Source: Bacillota bacterium
GTDB taxonomy: Bacteria; Bacillota; Dehalobacteriia; UBA4068; UBA4997
DNA length: 64,000 nucleotides
Assembly (NCBI GenBank): GCA_021771915.1
Contig: JAETNY010000002.1
Location: 77,825 to 141,824 of the forward strand
Reading direction: 5' to 3'
A program made the translations under genes and the position numbers. Of the stretch, positions 29,354 through 38,992 are shown piece by piece (the first letter of the stretch is position 1; each line of letters begins with the position of its first letter). The notes under the pieces are model-generated. The model saw only the letters and a program-made list of their open reading frames with translations, searched no databases and was not told the origin of the DNA.

Positions 29354-29938
29354 TCAAACATTTACGCCATAAGTGCGGCACAAAGCCTCCAGACCACCCT
29401 GATAGCCAGCGCCAACCGCGTTGAACTTCCAATCATCGCCGTTTTTATAAATCTCACATACCACCAGCGCCGTTTCAATGGAGAACTCCTCTGCCAAATC
29501 AAATTTCAAAACTTCAGTCCCGACCATATCGTTTTCATTAGCCATACGCGCCACACGCACATAAGCGTTTGAAACCTGACCAAAATTCTGACTGCGTTCC
29601 TGCGCATCATAAATTGTTACAGTAATAGCAATTTTCTGAATATCAGAAGGCACTTTGGAAAAGTCAATGATTAAAACTTCATCATCACCATCGCCCTCGC
29701 CGGTAAGATTATCGCCAGTATGGCGCACAGAACCGTCAGAACTTTTCAAGTTACCATAGAAAATAAAATCTTCATCTTTGCGCACCTTGCCATCTGCATT
29801 CAACAAAAATGCTGAAGCGTCCAGGTCAAAATCCTTGCCGCCGTCATAACGGTTAGTATCCCAACCCAAACCAATAAGCGCCATATTCATATTTTTATCC
29901 AGACTTACGCGCTGGCCTTTTGCCAAATTAACACCCAT
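29354..29938 (-). CDS. TerD family stress protein
   Basis: 194 aa with the [13 protein letters not shown] calcium-binding-type motif and [25 protein letters not shown]. Confidence 0.85.
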   Translation of the reverse strand: MGVNLAKGQRVSLDKNMNMALIGLGWDTNRYDGGKDFDLDASAFLLNADGKVRKDEDFIFYGNLKSSDGSVRHTGDNLTGEGDGDDEVLIIDFSKVPSDIQKIAITVTIYDAQERSQNFGQVSNAYVRVARMANENDMVGTEVLKFDLAEEFSIETALVVCEIYKNGDDWKFNAVGAGYQGGLEALCRTYGVNV

Positions 29939-29967
29939 TATTTATGCCTCCATTCCTGATATAATTT

Positions 29968-30558
29968 TTATACAAAGCGATTTGCCAATTCGCCTAAACC
30001 ATTATCACGTGTGCCCTGGCCAATAGCATTAAATTTCCATTCATTATTATAACGATACAGTTCGCCAAAAATCATAGCGGTCATGCCGTCATAATTTTCA
30101 GAAAGATTGTATTTGCACATTTCCTGATTATTATCCGCATCAACAATACGAATAAATGCATTTTCAATCATGCCAAAATGCTGCTTACGCTGGGCAGCCT
30201 GATAGATGTTAACAACGACAACCAGCTTATCATACTGGCTGGGCATGGAAGCCAAATCCACCATAATCTGCTCATCATCACCTTCGCCGGCGCCGGTCAG
30301 GTTATCACCCATATGCCGGATACAGCTAGATTTATGCGTTAAATTACCAAAATATACGATATCATCGGTACCCATCAAATGACCATTAACACAAACAAAA
30401 ACTGAAGCGTCACAGTCAATATCCTGAGGCTTGGGAGCAAAAAAACCTCTTTTTTGCTTAACCTCGTCCCAGCCCAAACCAACCATAACCCGGCGCAGAG
30501 CACCGCCATCTTCCTTACGTAGATTAACTTTCTGACCTTTTTGCAAATTAACAGACAT
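29968..30558 (-). CDS. TerD family stress protein
   Basis: 196 aa with GDNLTGAGEGDDE and [21 protein letters not shown]. Confidence 0.85.
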   Translation of the reverse strand: MSVNLQKGQKVNLRKEDGGALRRVMVGLGWDEVKQKRGFFAPKPQDIDCDASVFVCVNGHLMGTDDIVYFGNLTHKSSCIRHMGDNLTGAGEGDDEQIMVDLASMPSQYDKLVVVVNIYQAAQRKQHFGMIENAFIRIVDADNNQEMCKYNLSENYDGMTAMIFGELYRYNNEWKFNAIGQGTRDNGLGELANRFV

Positions 30559-30622
30559 TCTTTATTCTCCCTTTCCCTATTTTTTCACAATATATTTGTA
30601 TCACATAGTAAATGTTTAATAA

Positions 30623-31303
30623 TTAACTGTTACTAACCGTCGTCCCCAGCCATTGCCGAAAAGACGATGGATTTCTGGTTTGAATTAAAACCACACCCGG
30701 CCCCCGAAAACGGCAAACCAGACACTCGCCGGACATCCAGCTGGAAATCCAACCATTGGAAGCCTTTTCAATCTTATAATTCATATAATCCGGCCAGGCT
30801 ACCAAATGGCCGTTATCCACAATATACTCCTCATTATCAGCCAGATTAATAGCATGAATAGCGCCATAGCTGCTTAAAAATACTGTACCGCGGCCGCTGA
30901 CGTTTACCACGAAAAAGCCCTCTCGAGAAAACAGTCCCTGCGCCAGATTTTGCATAGCCGTATCCACCTGAATACCATCTGTGGCGGCCAAAAAACCAGT
31001 TTTTTGCACACGCAAACTATAACTGCCATCTAATTCCACATCAATAATGCCGCCTGGCGCCGGATGTCCCAGCAAAACCGAGCCGTCACCCCTGGCTGCA
31101 TCAATCGTCTGGAAGAAAAAACTCTCTCCGGTAAGCATGCGTCGCGCCAAACCGCCCAGCAGGCCGCCGTTCATACTGCCGCTGATTTCCAAAGTGGCCG
31201 ACATCGCCACCATGGCGTCAGACTCTGCTTTAATTTTTTCCCCTCGCTGCATCTCACACTTAACCAGCGGAAAAGCATCTTTATACAGAATTTCATATTT
31301 CAT
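30623..31303 (-). CDS. TIGR00266 / AIM24 (DUF124) family protein
   Basis: 226 aa. This family commonly co-occurs with TerD genes. Confidence 0.65.
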   Translation of the reverse strand: MKYEILYKDAFPLVKCEMQRGEKIKAESDAMVAMSATLEISGSMNGGLLGGLARRMLTGESFFFQTIDAARGDGSVLLGHPAPGGIIDVELDGSYSLRVQKTGFLAATDGIQVDTAMQNLAQGLFSREGFFVVNVSGRGTVFLSSYGAIHAINLADNEEYIVDNGHLVAWPDYMNYKIEKASNGWISSWMSGECLVCRFRGPGVVLIQTRNPSSFRQWLGTTVSNS

Positions 31304-31347
31304 TCAGCTTGCCCTACTTTCTGCCTGATAATCAGTAAATATTTTAA

Positions 31348-31926
31348 TTATACGTTTACGCCAAAATTCTGGCAGAGCGCCTGCAGACCACCCTGGAAAC
31401 CGCTGCCAATAGCGTTAAACTTCCATTCGCCATTATTGCGATACAGTTCGCCAACCACCACAGCTGTTTCAACCGAAAAATCTTCGCCCAAATCATAACG
31501 AACCAGTTCGGTATTATTGGCTTCATCAACAATACGGATAAATGCGTTGGAAACCTGACCAAAATTCTGGCGGCGTTCCTCTGCCTCATAAATAGTTACC
31601 GTAAAATCAATCTTTTCTACAGTTTCCGGCACTTTGCTCAAATCAATCTTAATTTCTTCATCGTCGCCCTCGCCCTCGCCGGTCAGGTTATCGCCCAGAT
31701 GCTCCACAGAACCAGAAGCGTGTTTCAAATTACCATAGAATACGAAGTCACTATCACTGGCGGTTTTACCGTCGCCGCCCAGCAGAAATGCCGCTGCGTC
31801 CAAGTCAAAATCGGAGCCACCATCATAGCGGTTGGTATCCCAGCCCAAACCTACCAACAAGTTGCATAAACCAGGATTACCCTTGGTAAGGTCAACCTTC
31901 TGTCCTTTTGTCAAACTAACTGCCAT
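31348..31926 (-). CDS. TerD family stress protein
   Basis: 192 aa from [11 protein letters not shown] (ATG 31924-26, AGGAGG RBS) with [13 protein letters not shown] and [18 protein letters not shown]. The longer ORF in the track starts upstream without an RBS. Confidence 0.85.
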   Translation of the reverse strand: MAVSLTKGQKVDLTKGNPGLCNLLVGLGWDTNRYDGGSDFDLDAAAFLLGGDGKTASDSDFVFYGNLKHASGSVEHLGDNLTGEGEGDDEEIKIDLSKVPETVEKIDFTVTIYEAEERRQNFGQVSNAFIRIVDEANNTELVRYDLGEDFSVETAVVVGELYRNNGEWKFNAIGSGFQGGLQALCQNFGVNV

Positions 31927-32045
31927 AATTATATCCTCCTGAATTAATTTATTTCCTGCGGTACAAACCGCTGGATAATCAAAATTTTTATTCAATTTTC
32001 TCTACATATTAAATTGTAATACATTTTATCATAAATTTCAACACT

Positions 32046-34649
32046 TTATTGCTTTTTGCCCATAATCAATTTGCGAATAATATCCAAAGGAATTACCATA
32101 AAGGCCAAACCGGCACAAATCAGCCAGGCCGAGGGAGCCAAACTCTCCACGCTTAAAACGCTGCCGCCAAAAGTTACAAAAACAAACTGCAAAATAAAGA
32201 TAGAAAGCATTACCCAGATAAAATTCTTGTTGCGGTTAATGCCAGACAACACGTTAACATGGCTGGTTCTGGCGTTGAAGCCATTAAAGGTTATCGCCAT
32301 CATGAATGTGGCAAACAGAGCCGATTTCAAATAGGTGGTATCCACATCGCCAAACAGGTTGCGGATAGCCGGCACGAAAAGAATAGCCAGACAAATAAAA
32401 GTGATATATAAAGCGCCGATAATAATTTCCAGCATCATATCCTTGCTGATAATACTGGCCGAACGCGCAATCGGCTTTTCATGCATATATTCTTCCAGGG
32501 CCGGCTCGCTGCCAAAAGCAATAGCAGCCAGCGTGTCCATCGCCAGGTTAACCAGCAGCAGCTGAATAACCGTCATAACCACATTTTCACCCAACAGAGG
32601 GCCGATAAAGCAGGTTAAAACCGCCGCCACATTAACCGTCAGCTGGAAAATCAAGAACTTACGGATACTCTTAAACATCGTGCGGCCATACAAAATAGCC
32701 TTACGGATAGAAGCAAAATTATCGTCCAGAATAGTAATATCACCGGCCTCTTTGGCCACCTCCGTGCCGCTGCCCATAGCAAAACCCACGTCAGCCTTTT
32801 TCAGCGCCGGAGAGTCGTTAACACCGTCGCCAGTCATGCCAACCACCAGATTAAGTTCCTGAGCCACACGCACCAGACGGCTTTTATCCGTTGGCAAAGC
32901 ACGCGAAACCACACGCAAATGCGGCAAAATCTGCTTTAACTCATCATCACTCTTAGACGCCATTTCAGCGGAGGTCAAAGCAACATCATTGGGGCTTTGC
33001 AGCAAACCAGCTTCTTTGGCAATCGCAACCGCCGTTTCCTTGCGGTCGCCCGTAACCATAACCACCTGCACGCCGGCATTCTGCACATCTTTAATCGCCG
33101 CCACCGCTTCTTTACGCACATTATCGCGGATACTCAACACACAAATCAACGTCAGATTGGCGTCGTCCTGTTCACCGTCCACCATGGCCACAGCCAGCAA
33201 ACGCATAGAGCGCCCGGCCTGCTTGTCCATATAGGCATTAAGCGCAGTTTTTTCATTCAGCGTCTGGCGTTTGCCCTGCGCATCAATATAATGTGTACAA
33301 CGCTCAATAATTTTTTCCGGCGCACCCTTAACAAACGTCACCAGCTGACCGTTATCCGGCCGGCGCATCGTTACGCTGGAACTTTTTTTATTGGAGTCAA
33401 ATGCGTTAAAGCACTGAACATTATCTTTATTAATTTTATCCGCCTGGCCGGCCTCCTGCAAAAAGGCCAGCAAAGCACGGTCCGTACTGTTACCGCCAAT
33501 AATATTGCCATCGCTCAACGCCGCACTGTTATTAACGCCAATACCGTTCAGCAAATCCGCTGCCATGGCCGGGGACAACTCAGAAAAATTTTCCCAGGTC
33601 TGCAAATCACCGTTAGCCAACTCCACCACAGAAAGCCGACCCTCGGTTATCGTACCGGTTTTATCGCTGAAAAGAATGCTCAAACTGCCGGCAGTTTCCA
33701 AACCATTTATTTTGCGCACCAATACATTATCTTTAGCCATTTTCAAGCTTTGGAAAGAGAGCAGGATAGAGGTCAGCATCGGCAGACCCTCTGGCACAGC
33801 GCAAACGATAATCGTTACGGCCACCGTCACCGCGTCCATAATCAGCCTAATCCATTGATAAATATCGCCAGGCATGCTGCCGCTGATTAAAGTTTTGGCA
33901 ATAATGCCCAAAACAATACAAATTGCGCCGATATAACCAAATGTAGAAATCTGTTTAGCCAGCTTACCCAGCTTAACCTGTAAAGGCGTTTCGCGCGTAT
34001 CCTCCTGCACTTCCAGCGCCAACTCGCCAAAAAGCGTCTGGTCGCCCACCACCTTAATCTGCATATGAGCTTCGCCGCCGCAAACCACCGTGCCGCGATA
34101 TGCATAACAGGGATTCAGCAAATCCTTAACATCATAAGCCGCACCCTGCACATTAGGCTGTTTATCTGCTTCTTCTGTTTCACCGTTCAAAGCGGCCTGG
34201 TCAACCTTAACGCCGCCTTCCACGATTTCACCGTCCGCCGGAATTTTATCGCCAGCCTGCAAATAAACAATATCACCTACCACAACCTCGCTGACATGGA
34301 TTTCCTCCAGTTTGCCGTCGCGTATCACTTTGGCCATTTCTTTGGCTTCTTCCTCCGCTTTAAGCGCTGAGGCCTTGCCCTCCTGCTTACTTTCACTGAT
34401 AGAAGCCACGCCGTTGGCAATCATAATTGCCACCAAAATGCCCACCGGCTCAAACCATTCGGCTTGTCCCATAAAGAACAGAACCACCTGCACCACCAGA
34501 GCCACCAGCAAAATCATAATCATTGGGTCTTTAAAACCCTCTAAAATCTTCTTCCACAAAGGATCTGGCGGAATTTGCGTCAGCGTATTGGCGCCATGTT
34601 GTTTACGGCTTTCCTCCACCTGCGACGCAGATAAACCATTCAATTTCAT
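32046..34649 (-). CDS. calcium-translocating P-type ATPase (P2-type)
   Basis: P-type ATPase motifs SDKTGTITEG (phosphorylation site), CAVPEGLP (ion site), TGDGVNDSPALKKADVGFAMG and TGDRKETAVAIA. The start is taken at MKLNGLSASQV with a GAAAGGAAG RBS. Confidence 0.85.
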   Translation of the reverse strand: MKLNGLSASQVEESRKQHGANTLTQIPPDPLWKKILEGFKDPMIMILLVALVVQVVLFFMGQAEWFEPVGILVAIMIANGVASISESKQEGKASALKAEEEAKEMAKVIRDGKLEEIHVSEVVVGDIVYLQAGDKIPADGEIVEGGVKVDQAALNGETEEADKQPNVQGAAYDVKDLLNPCYAYRGTVVCGGEAHMQIKVVGDQTLFGELALEVQEDTRETPLQVKLGKLAKQISTFGYIGAICIVLGIIAKTLISGSMPGDIYQWIRLIMDAVTVAVTIIVCAVPEGLPMLTSILLSFQSLKMAKDNVLVRKINGLETAGSLSILFSDKTGTITEGRLSVVELANGDLQTWENFSELSPAMAADLLNGIGVNNSAALSDGNIIGGNSTDRALLAFLQEAGQADKINKDNVQCFNAFDSNKKSSSVTMRRPDNGQLVTFVKGAPEKIIERCTHYIDAQGKRQTLNEKTALNAYMDKQAGRSMRLLAVAMVDGEQDDANLTLICVLSIRDNVRKEAVAAIKDVQNAGVQVVMVTGDRKETAVAIAKEAGLLQSPNDVALTSAEMASKSDDELKQILPHLRVVSRALPTDKSRLVRVAQELNLVVGMTGDGVNDSPALKKADVGFAMGSGTEVAKEAGDITILDDNFASIRKAILYGRTMFKSIRKFLIFQLTVNVAAVLTCFIGPLLGENVVMTVIQLLLVNLAMDTLAAIAFGSEPALEEYMHEKPIARSASIISKDMMLEIIIGALYITFICLAILFVPAIRNLFGDVDTTYLKSALFATFMMAITFNGFNARTSHVNVLSGINRNKNFIWVMLSIFILQFVFVTFGGSVLSVESLAPSAWLICAGLAFMVIPLDIIRKLIMGKKQ

Positions 34650-34785
34650 AAAATTCTTCCTTTCATAATTCATAATATTGCCATGAGTGTACTATATTAT
34701 ATAGCTTACACAATAAATATAAACTCAACATGACAAATTATTTATATTTTGGTAAGATTTTTGTAAAGTTTAAGTAAATTTCGGC

Positions 34786-36252
34786 TTATCTTCCACATGA
34801 AACCTCAGCCACCAACCCCTTTTCCGCATCAGACAAACGGAAAATCGCGCCGTCTTTCAGCATCACCGCCTGCCCTGGCGGTACCAGATTACCGCTGGGC
34901 GAAGTCATACCCTGAATATTTTGGTTAACCAACAACCATTTACCCTGAAATTTACAGACATAAGCCATCAATTCCCTATCCGTTTTTTCGTCCGGGAAAG
35001 TATTAGCCAAAATATGCCATTTAAATATCGGCATATTATGATAAAGCACAACCTCGCCGGCATTCGCCCACTGGCCATGGCTGGCGCGTAACTGACTTTT
35101 CAGATGCAGACGCACAATATTTTCCTGCTTTATGCGGTGGCCGCAAAACGGACAAACCGGGTTTTTCGTATCATACAAAACAAACCATTTGGCTGCGCAC
35201 ATTGGATTCTCACAGGGGTGCAGCATATCCCAGGTCTTAACCAGACCCTTTTCCCATTCCAGCGCCGTCGGCCGCTCGTCCGGGTTATGCAGACCGTCCA
35301 CAAAAGCGCGCAAAAACAGGCGCTCCAAATGCGGCCCCAAATCCTTAATCTGCACATGCAAATCCGGCGGTCGATTACTAAAATCGGTGGGGTGTTCAAT
35401 AAACAAGGCCTTTTCACCCAAAGCCAGAAAATCATCACGCTCGGCAGAAGTAAAATCATAAACTTTCGGCCCCAGCAAAGGGTGGCGCAACAGCAAATAT
35501 TCATAAATCAACACCGGCAGGGCGTGCAAATCCGTATAAGCACTGGGCAGCACACGGTCATGAAAACGCACGCTGCTGGCCAAAACCTCTGGCGCTATAT
35601 AACCGCGCGTCCCCACCACCTCCGGCGGAAACAGCCCCGGCACCACCAAAGAATCAATATCAATAACCACGCAGCCCCCGGTTTTGGGGTCAATCAACAC
35701 ATTATTGCAGGACAAATCAGAATGAGCCAGTCCGGCCTGATGCATACGACGAATTGAACGTGCCAGCGAGATAGACATTTGCAGCATGGAGCAAAAATCG
35801 CCAACCTCCGGCAGATTTAAATATTTGCGGCTGCTGGAAGTAAACCAGGTACTGCGCTTATCACGCCCCTGCAAATCAAGCATATCTGAAGCTTCAGCAT
35901 CAAAAAAGAAATTGGCAGGATATGCCGGGCAAACAATACCAAACTCCGGCTCGGCCACAATGGCCGTTGGCCAGCAGAAACGGCCGGCAAAATAATTGGC
36001 TATCTGCTCGCTGTTGCCGCGCGCACCGCCGTCCTGCTCAGACCTGGTTGGATTATACTTGCCGATAATCGCCTCCAGACGCTTGCGAATGTTGGGGTCC
36101 TGCGCCGTTTCCGGGTCATTAAAAAACTGCACAACATAAGATTTGTCCGGCGCAAAATAGGTATATTTCATACCGCCACGCGGTGGGTTATCCTTAATCA
36201 CATAGGGAATTTTACGTCCATCAGTCAATGTGGCTTCTGCTAAAACGCCCAT
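34786..36252 (-). CDS. TerY-P-type Ser/Thr protein kinase-like protein with C-terminal zinc ribbon and FHA-like tail
   Basis: The kinase core has HSDLSCNNVLID (catalytic loop), DIDSL (DFG-like) and GTRGYIAPEV (APE). CENPMC ... CPFCGH forms a zinc ribbon and the C-terminus is FHA-like. AAGGAGG RBS. Confidence 0.6.
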   Translation of the reverse strand: MGVLAEATLTDGRKIPYVIKDNPPRGGMKYTYFAPDKSYVVQFFNDPETAQDPNIRKRLEAIIGKYNPTRSEQDGGARGNSEQIANYFAGRFCWPTAIVAEPEFGIVCPAYPANFFFDAEASDMLDLQGRDKRSTWFTSSSRKYLNLPEVGDFCSMLQMSISLARSIRRMHQAGLAHSDLSCNNVLIDPKTGGCVVIDIDSLVVPGLFPPEVVGTRGYIAPEVLASSVRFHDRVLPSAYTDLHALPVLIYEYLLLRHPLLGPKVYDFTSAERDDFLALGEKALFIEHPTDFSNRPPDLHVQIKDLGPHLERLFLRAFVDGLHNPDERPTALEWEKGLVKTWDMLHPCENPMCAAKWFVLYDTKNPVCPFCGHRIKQENIVRLHLKSQLRASHGQWANAGEVVLYHNMPIFKWHILANTFPDEKTDRELMAYVCKFQGKWLLVNQNIQGMTSPSGNLVPPGQAVMLKDGAIFRLSDAEKGLVAEVSCGR

Positions 36253-36331
36253 AAAAATGCCTCCTTACACATATCACACCTTTTAACAGTTTTTGGTGTA
36301 TATTATCAGGAAAATATATCAATAAAACAAC

Positions 36332-37555
36332 CTAACGAGTAAATATCACTAAGGTTCTATCATCAAAAGAACCGCGTTCCACATAATTATCCAGCCAGAC
36401 TTTGAGCTGCTCCGCCGCATTTTCAGCCGCAGCGCCGGCCAACTCCAAATGCGCCAATTTCAGCACCGTCTGCTCCTGCCAGATATCAGCCAGCGACAGA
36501 CTCAGCGCCTCACAAATCCGTCTGGTATATTGCACCGGCACCTTAATATTCTGGTCATTAACCCAGGGAAACGCCAGCGGACTGGGAATTTGCTTAAACA
36601 GTTTAAGCTGCTCCGGCGTCAAATCATTCAACGCTAACTGCCCACCGGCAAAAGGCAGCACGCCATTCAACAACAGATCAAAATATAAGCGCTGCAACTC
36701 CGTTTCATTGGGGAAATAATCGTCAGAAACACCGTCCGTCATCAAAAACAGCTTGTCCAAAGCGCCACAGAAAACACGAGTTCGGCTTTGCAGGTTTTCC
36801 AGATTTTGCATTTGCGACGAAGTTAAAAAATCTGTTTCCCCAGAAAAATCACCACTATCCGGCGTACCCAGCAATTTTAAGGCATTTGCAAAATCAGCGT
36901 CAGAATTAATAACCGCAATCATACCATCGCCAACCTGACACGACACAACCAGACAATCCTTGCTAAGGGGCGAAAGCGGAACCACCACGGCCAGCAGCAA
37001 TGTGGCCGAGAAATCCTTAAACTGCAAATCACGCCCCAACACAGCGGAATATGCCAAATCCGCCGCACGCGTATAAAAAGCAGCCTCCACCGCACCATAA
37101 GCCCTCAAAACCGCCTGCTGCACCAAACCGGCCAAACGATTAGTCAACTGTGCCGTATCATTTGTATCCACTGGCTTGTCCTGCGTCAAATTATGCAGAA
37201 GATAACCCAAAGCCGCCCGACAAGATTCTCTTGCGCCAATCCGGGAAAATTTCCTGGAACCGGCGCCGTCGGCAACCGCCAACAGCGTTATACCGTCCAA
37301 ATTAGCAACCTCATACCAGTCATCACAATTTGAACCGTCATGTTTGTGTTTTTTGCCGCGTACTCGTGCCGCAATCACCCTGCCATCTGGCAAGTCCCTT
37401 TCCTGCTGTATATACTCCGGAAAAGGTTCCGGTTCAGCCTGCGGTATATCCTGATATTTCCATAAAGCCGCCGTATGCGCCAAAACCTCATCATCACTCA
37501 ACGACTTGGCGTCCGGCGCGGCCGGCGCGGCCGGTAAAAGTTCCAAATCCGCCAC
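36332..37555 (-). CDS. PP2C-family protein phosphatase (TerY-P triad member)
   Basis: LLAVADGAGS metal-binding motif and a GDGMIAV segment. The start is probably a GTG 7 nt after AAGGAGG. Confidence 0.6.
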   Translation of the reverse strand: MADLELLPAAPAAPDAKSLSDDEVLAHTAALWKYQDIPQAEPEPFPEYIQQERDLPDGRVIAARVRGKKHKHDGSNCDDWYEVANLDGITLLAVADGAGSRKFSRIGARESCRAALGYLLHNLTQDKPVDTNDTAQLTNRLAGLVQQAVLRAYGAVEAAFYTRAADLAYSAVLGRDLQFKDFSATLLLAVVVPLSPLSKDCLVVSCQVGDGMIAVINSDADFANALKLLGTPDSGDFSGETDFLTSSQMQNLENLQSRTRVFCGALDKLFLMTDGVSDDYFPNETELQRLYFDLLLNGVLPFAGGQLALNDLTPEQLKLFKQIPSPLAFPWVNDQNIKVPVQYTRRICEALSLSLADIWQEQTVLKLAHLELAGAAAENAAEQLKVWLDNYVERGSFDDRTLVIFTR

Positions 37556-37676
37556 CAAAATCCCTCCTTATCATACCATAGAAACAAGTTTTTTCTTTTC
37601 ACCACAAATTGCACTATGATATTTGTTCATAAACGGCTCAATCATCGTCTATGGCTCGATTTTGCCGATATTCACA

Positions 37677-38324
37677 TCAGGGAACCACCACAAACCCCTG
37701 CGGCGGCGGTGGCAGTTCAATCGGCGCACCAGGCGCCGCATCAATACTTTTTGAAGACATTTTAATCGAACCGGAAACCCAGGCAAAAAACTGAGCCATA
37801 TCACCAGCTGACAGGGTATTCATCATTAACACACTTTCGGTAATCTGTTTCAAATAGGAAGTTTTAGCGCTGGAACCGGCTGCACAAGCAATAATATTAG
37901 CCGTTTTAACCATAGAAAGCTTTTTAACAGCATGGTTAAACTCCTCAATATCCGTCGGAGAACCGTCCGTCAGTATAAAAACAAGAGGTCGCCAATCACC
38001 CTTTTGCGTTTCGGTTGATTTACGGACCTCCGTATCAATACAATCAATAAGCACATTCAAAGCACCGCCCAAAGCCGTAGCGCCACTGGCATGTAAATCG
38101 GGTTCCTTAAAAAGCATCAGTTCTGTCAATGGCATAACCTGCCGGGCGGAACTATCAAATGTAATTACAGAAAGATAAGCCGTTTCCAGCGCCTGTGGGT
38201 CACCACGCAACTCTGAAATCAGCGCTTTAACACCCTGCTTAACCGCTTCAATAGGCTCGCCCACCATTGAACCGGAGCAATCCAAAAGCAGATATACCGG
38301 TAATCTGCGCACATAATTTGCCAT
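37677..38324 (-). CDS. vWA domain protein, TerY-like
   Basis: 215 aa with the MIDAS motif LLDCSGSM and a later ILTDGSPTD segment. It is the first gene of the island operon. Confidence 0.7.
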   Translation of the reverse strand: MANYVRRLPVYLLLDCSGSMVGEPIEAVKQGVKALISELRGDPQALETAYLSVITFDSSARQVMPLTELMLFKEPDLHASGATALGGALNVLIDCIDTEVRKSTETQKGDWRPLVFILTDGSPTDIEEFNHAVKKLSMVKTANIIACAAGSSAKTSYLKQITESVLMMNTLSAGDMAQFFAWVSGSIKMSSKSIDAAPGAPIELPPPPQGFVVVP

Positions 38325-38481
38325 AGATTTTTAGCCTCCAATCAAAATAATCAGAAAAATATAAAAGCTACAATACTATAACAATATTTTAGCACACCGA
38401 TGACCGATAATCAATAACTTTTCATATAAATTGGCTTTCTATCCAAATTTTTTTCTTCATATTATAATATAAGTTTTAATT

Positions 38482-38640
38482 TCAGGCGCTCAATGGCCAG
38501 AAAATCACCCCGGCCAGTATAAACCAACTGCAAATTGCCGCCTTGTTAGCAGCCCCCGGTTGACGCAGCTTTTCCGGTGCCCAAATCACAGCCAAAACTG
38601 TCAGCAAAGCAAATAGCATAAATCTTATAACAAAGCCCAT
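38482..38640 (-). CDS. small hydrophobic protein (about 52 aa, 2 predicted TM); the longer 79-aa ORF is less likely
   Basis: A GAGGGG RBS lies 8 nt upstream of the internal ATG (MGFVIRFMLFALLTV...). Confidence 0.3.
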   Translation of the reverse strand: MGFVIRFMLFALLTVLAVIWAPEKLRQPGAANKAAICSWFILAGVIFWPLSA

Positions 38641-38743
38641 ATAAATCGCCCCTCTGCACTGCCCTGTTTTATAACATAGCTTATGCCGCAAGCCTGGCAA
38701 AGGTGTGATTTTTCCTGACAAAACCTAAAAGATACTTACGATT

Positions 38744-38951
38744 ACCTGTTGACTGACTTCGCCTGTATTTATTTTACAACAGCAATTCCATTTGGTTAAC
38801 AGCACAATCGACCAGCCGCTACCCTAAAGGGGCGGCTGGTCGAAATGGTTCACACTAAGCTCTGTCTGCGTCCACTAAAGTGGCCTTGCCAATCGCTAAG
38901 TGTTCATACAAAAAAGGAACTCTCTGCCAGGCAAAGAGTTCCTTTATTATT
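38744..38951 (+). ncRNA. candidate small RNA / structured element between a promoter-like site and a terminator (strand uncertain)
   Basis: TTGACT at 38744-49, then about 150 nt with no ORF. This stretch contains a perfect 12-bp hairpin (TCGACCAGCCGC ... GCGGCTGGTCGA, around 38808-38846). It ends with a 15-bp terminator hairpin at 38914-38944 plus a T-run. Confidence 0.25.
38908..38951. terminator. bidirectional rho-independent terminator (main terminator of the SLH gene on the minus strand)
   Basis: Stem AAGGAACTCTCTGCC / GGCAAAGAGTTCCTT (one mismatch). There are six T on the minus-strand side and TTTATTATTT on the plus side. Confidence 0.65.
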
Positions 38952-38992
38952 TGCTAGATATGCCGAATATCAGCGAAAAATCATTAAACTAA

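Noticed and set aside
29354-31995. Tandem repeats or recent duplication artefact among the three TerD genes
   Set aside because: The paralogs are clearly diverged at the nucleotide level and each has its own RBS. They are ancient paralogs, not an assembly duplication.
38908-38951. Riboswitch-like structure at the SLH gene 3' end
   Set aside because: It is a simple 15-bp hairpin flanked by A- and T-runs, consistent with a bidirectional intrinsic terminator and not a ligand-binding fold.
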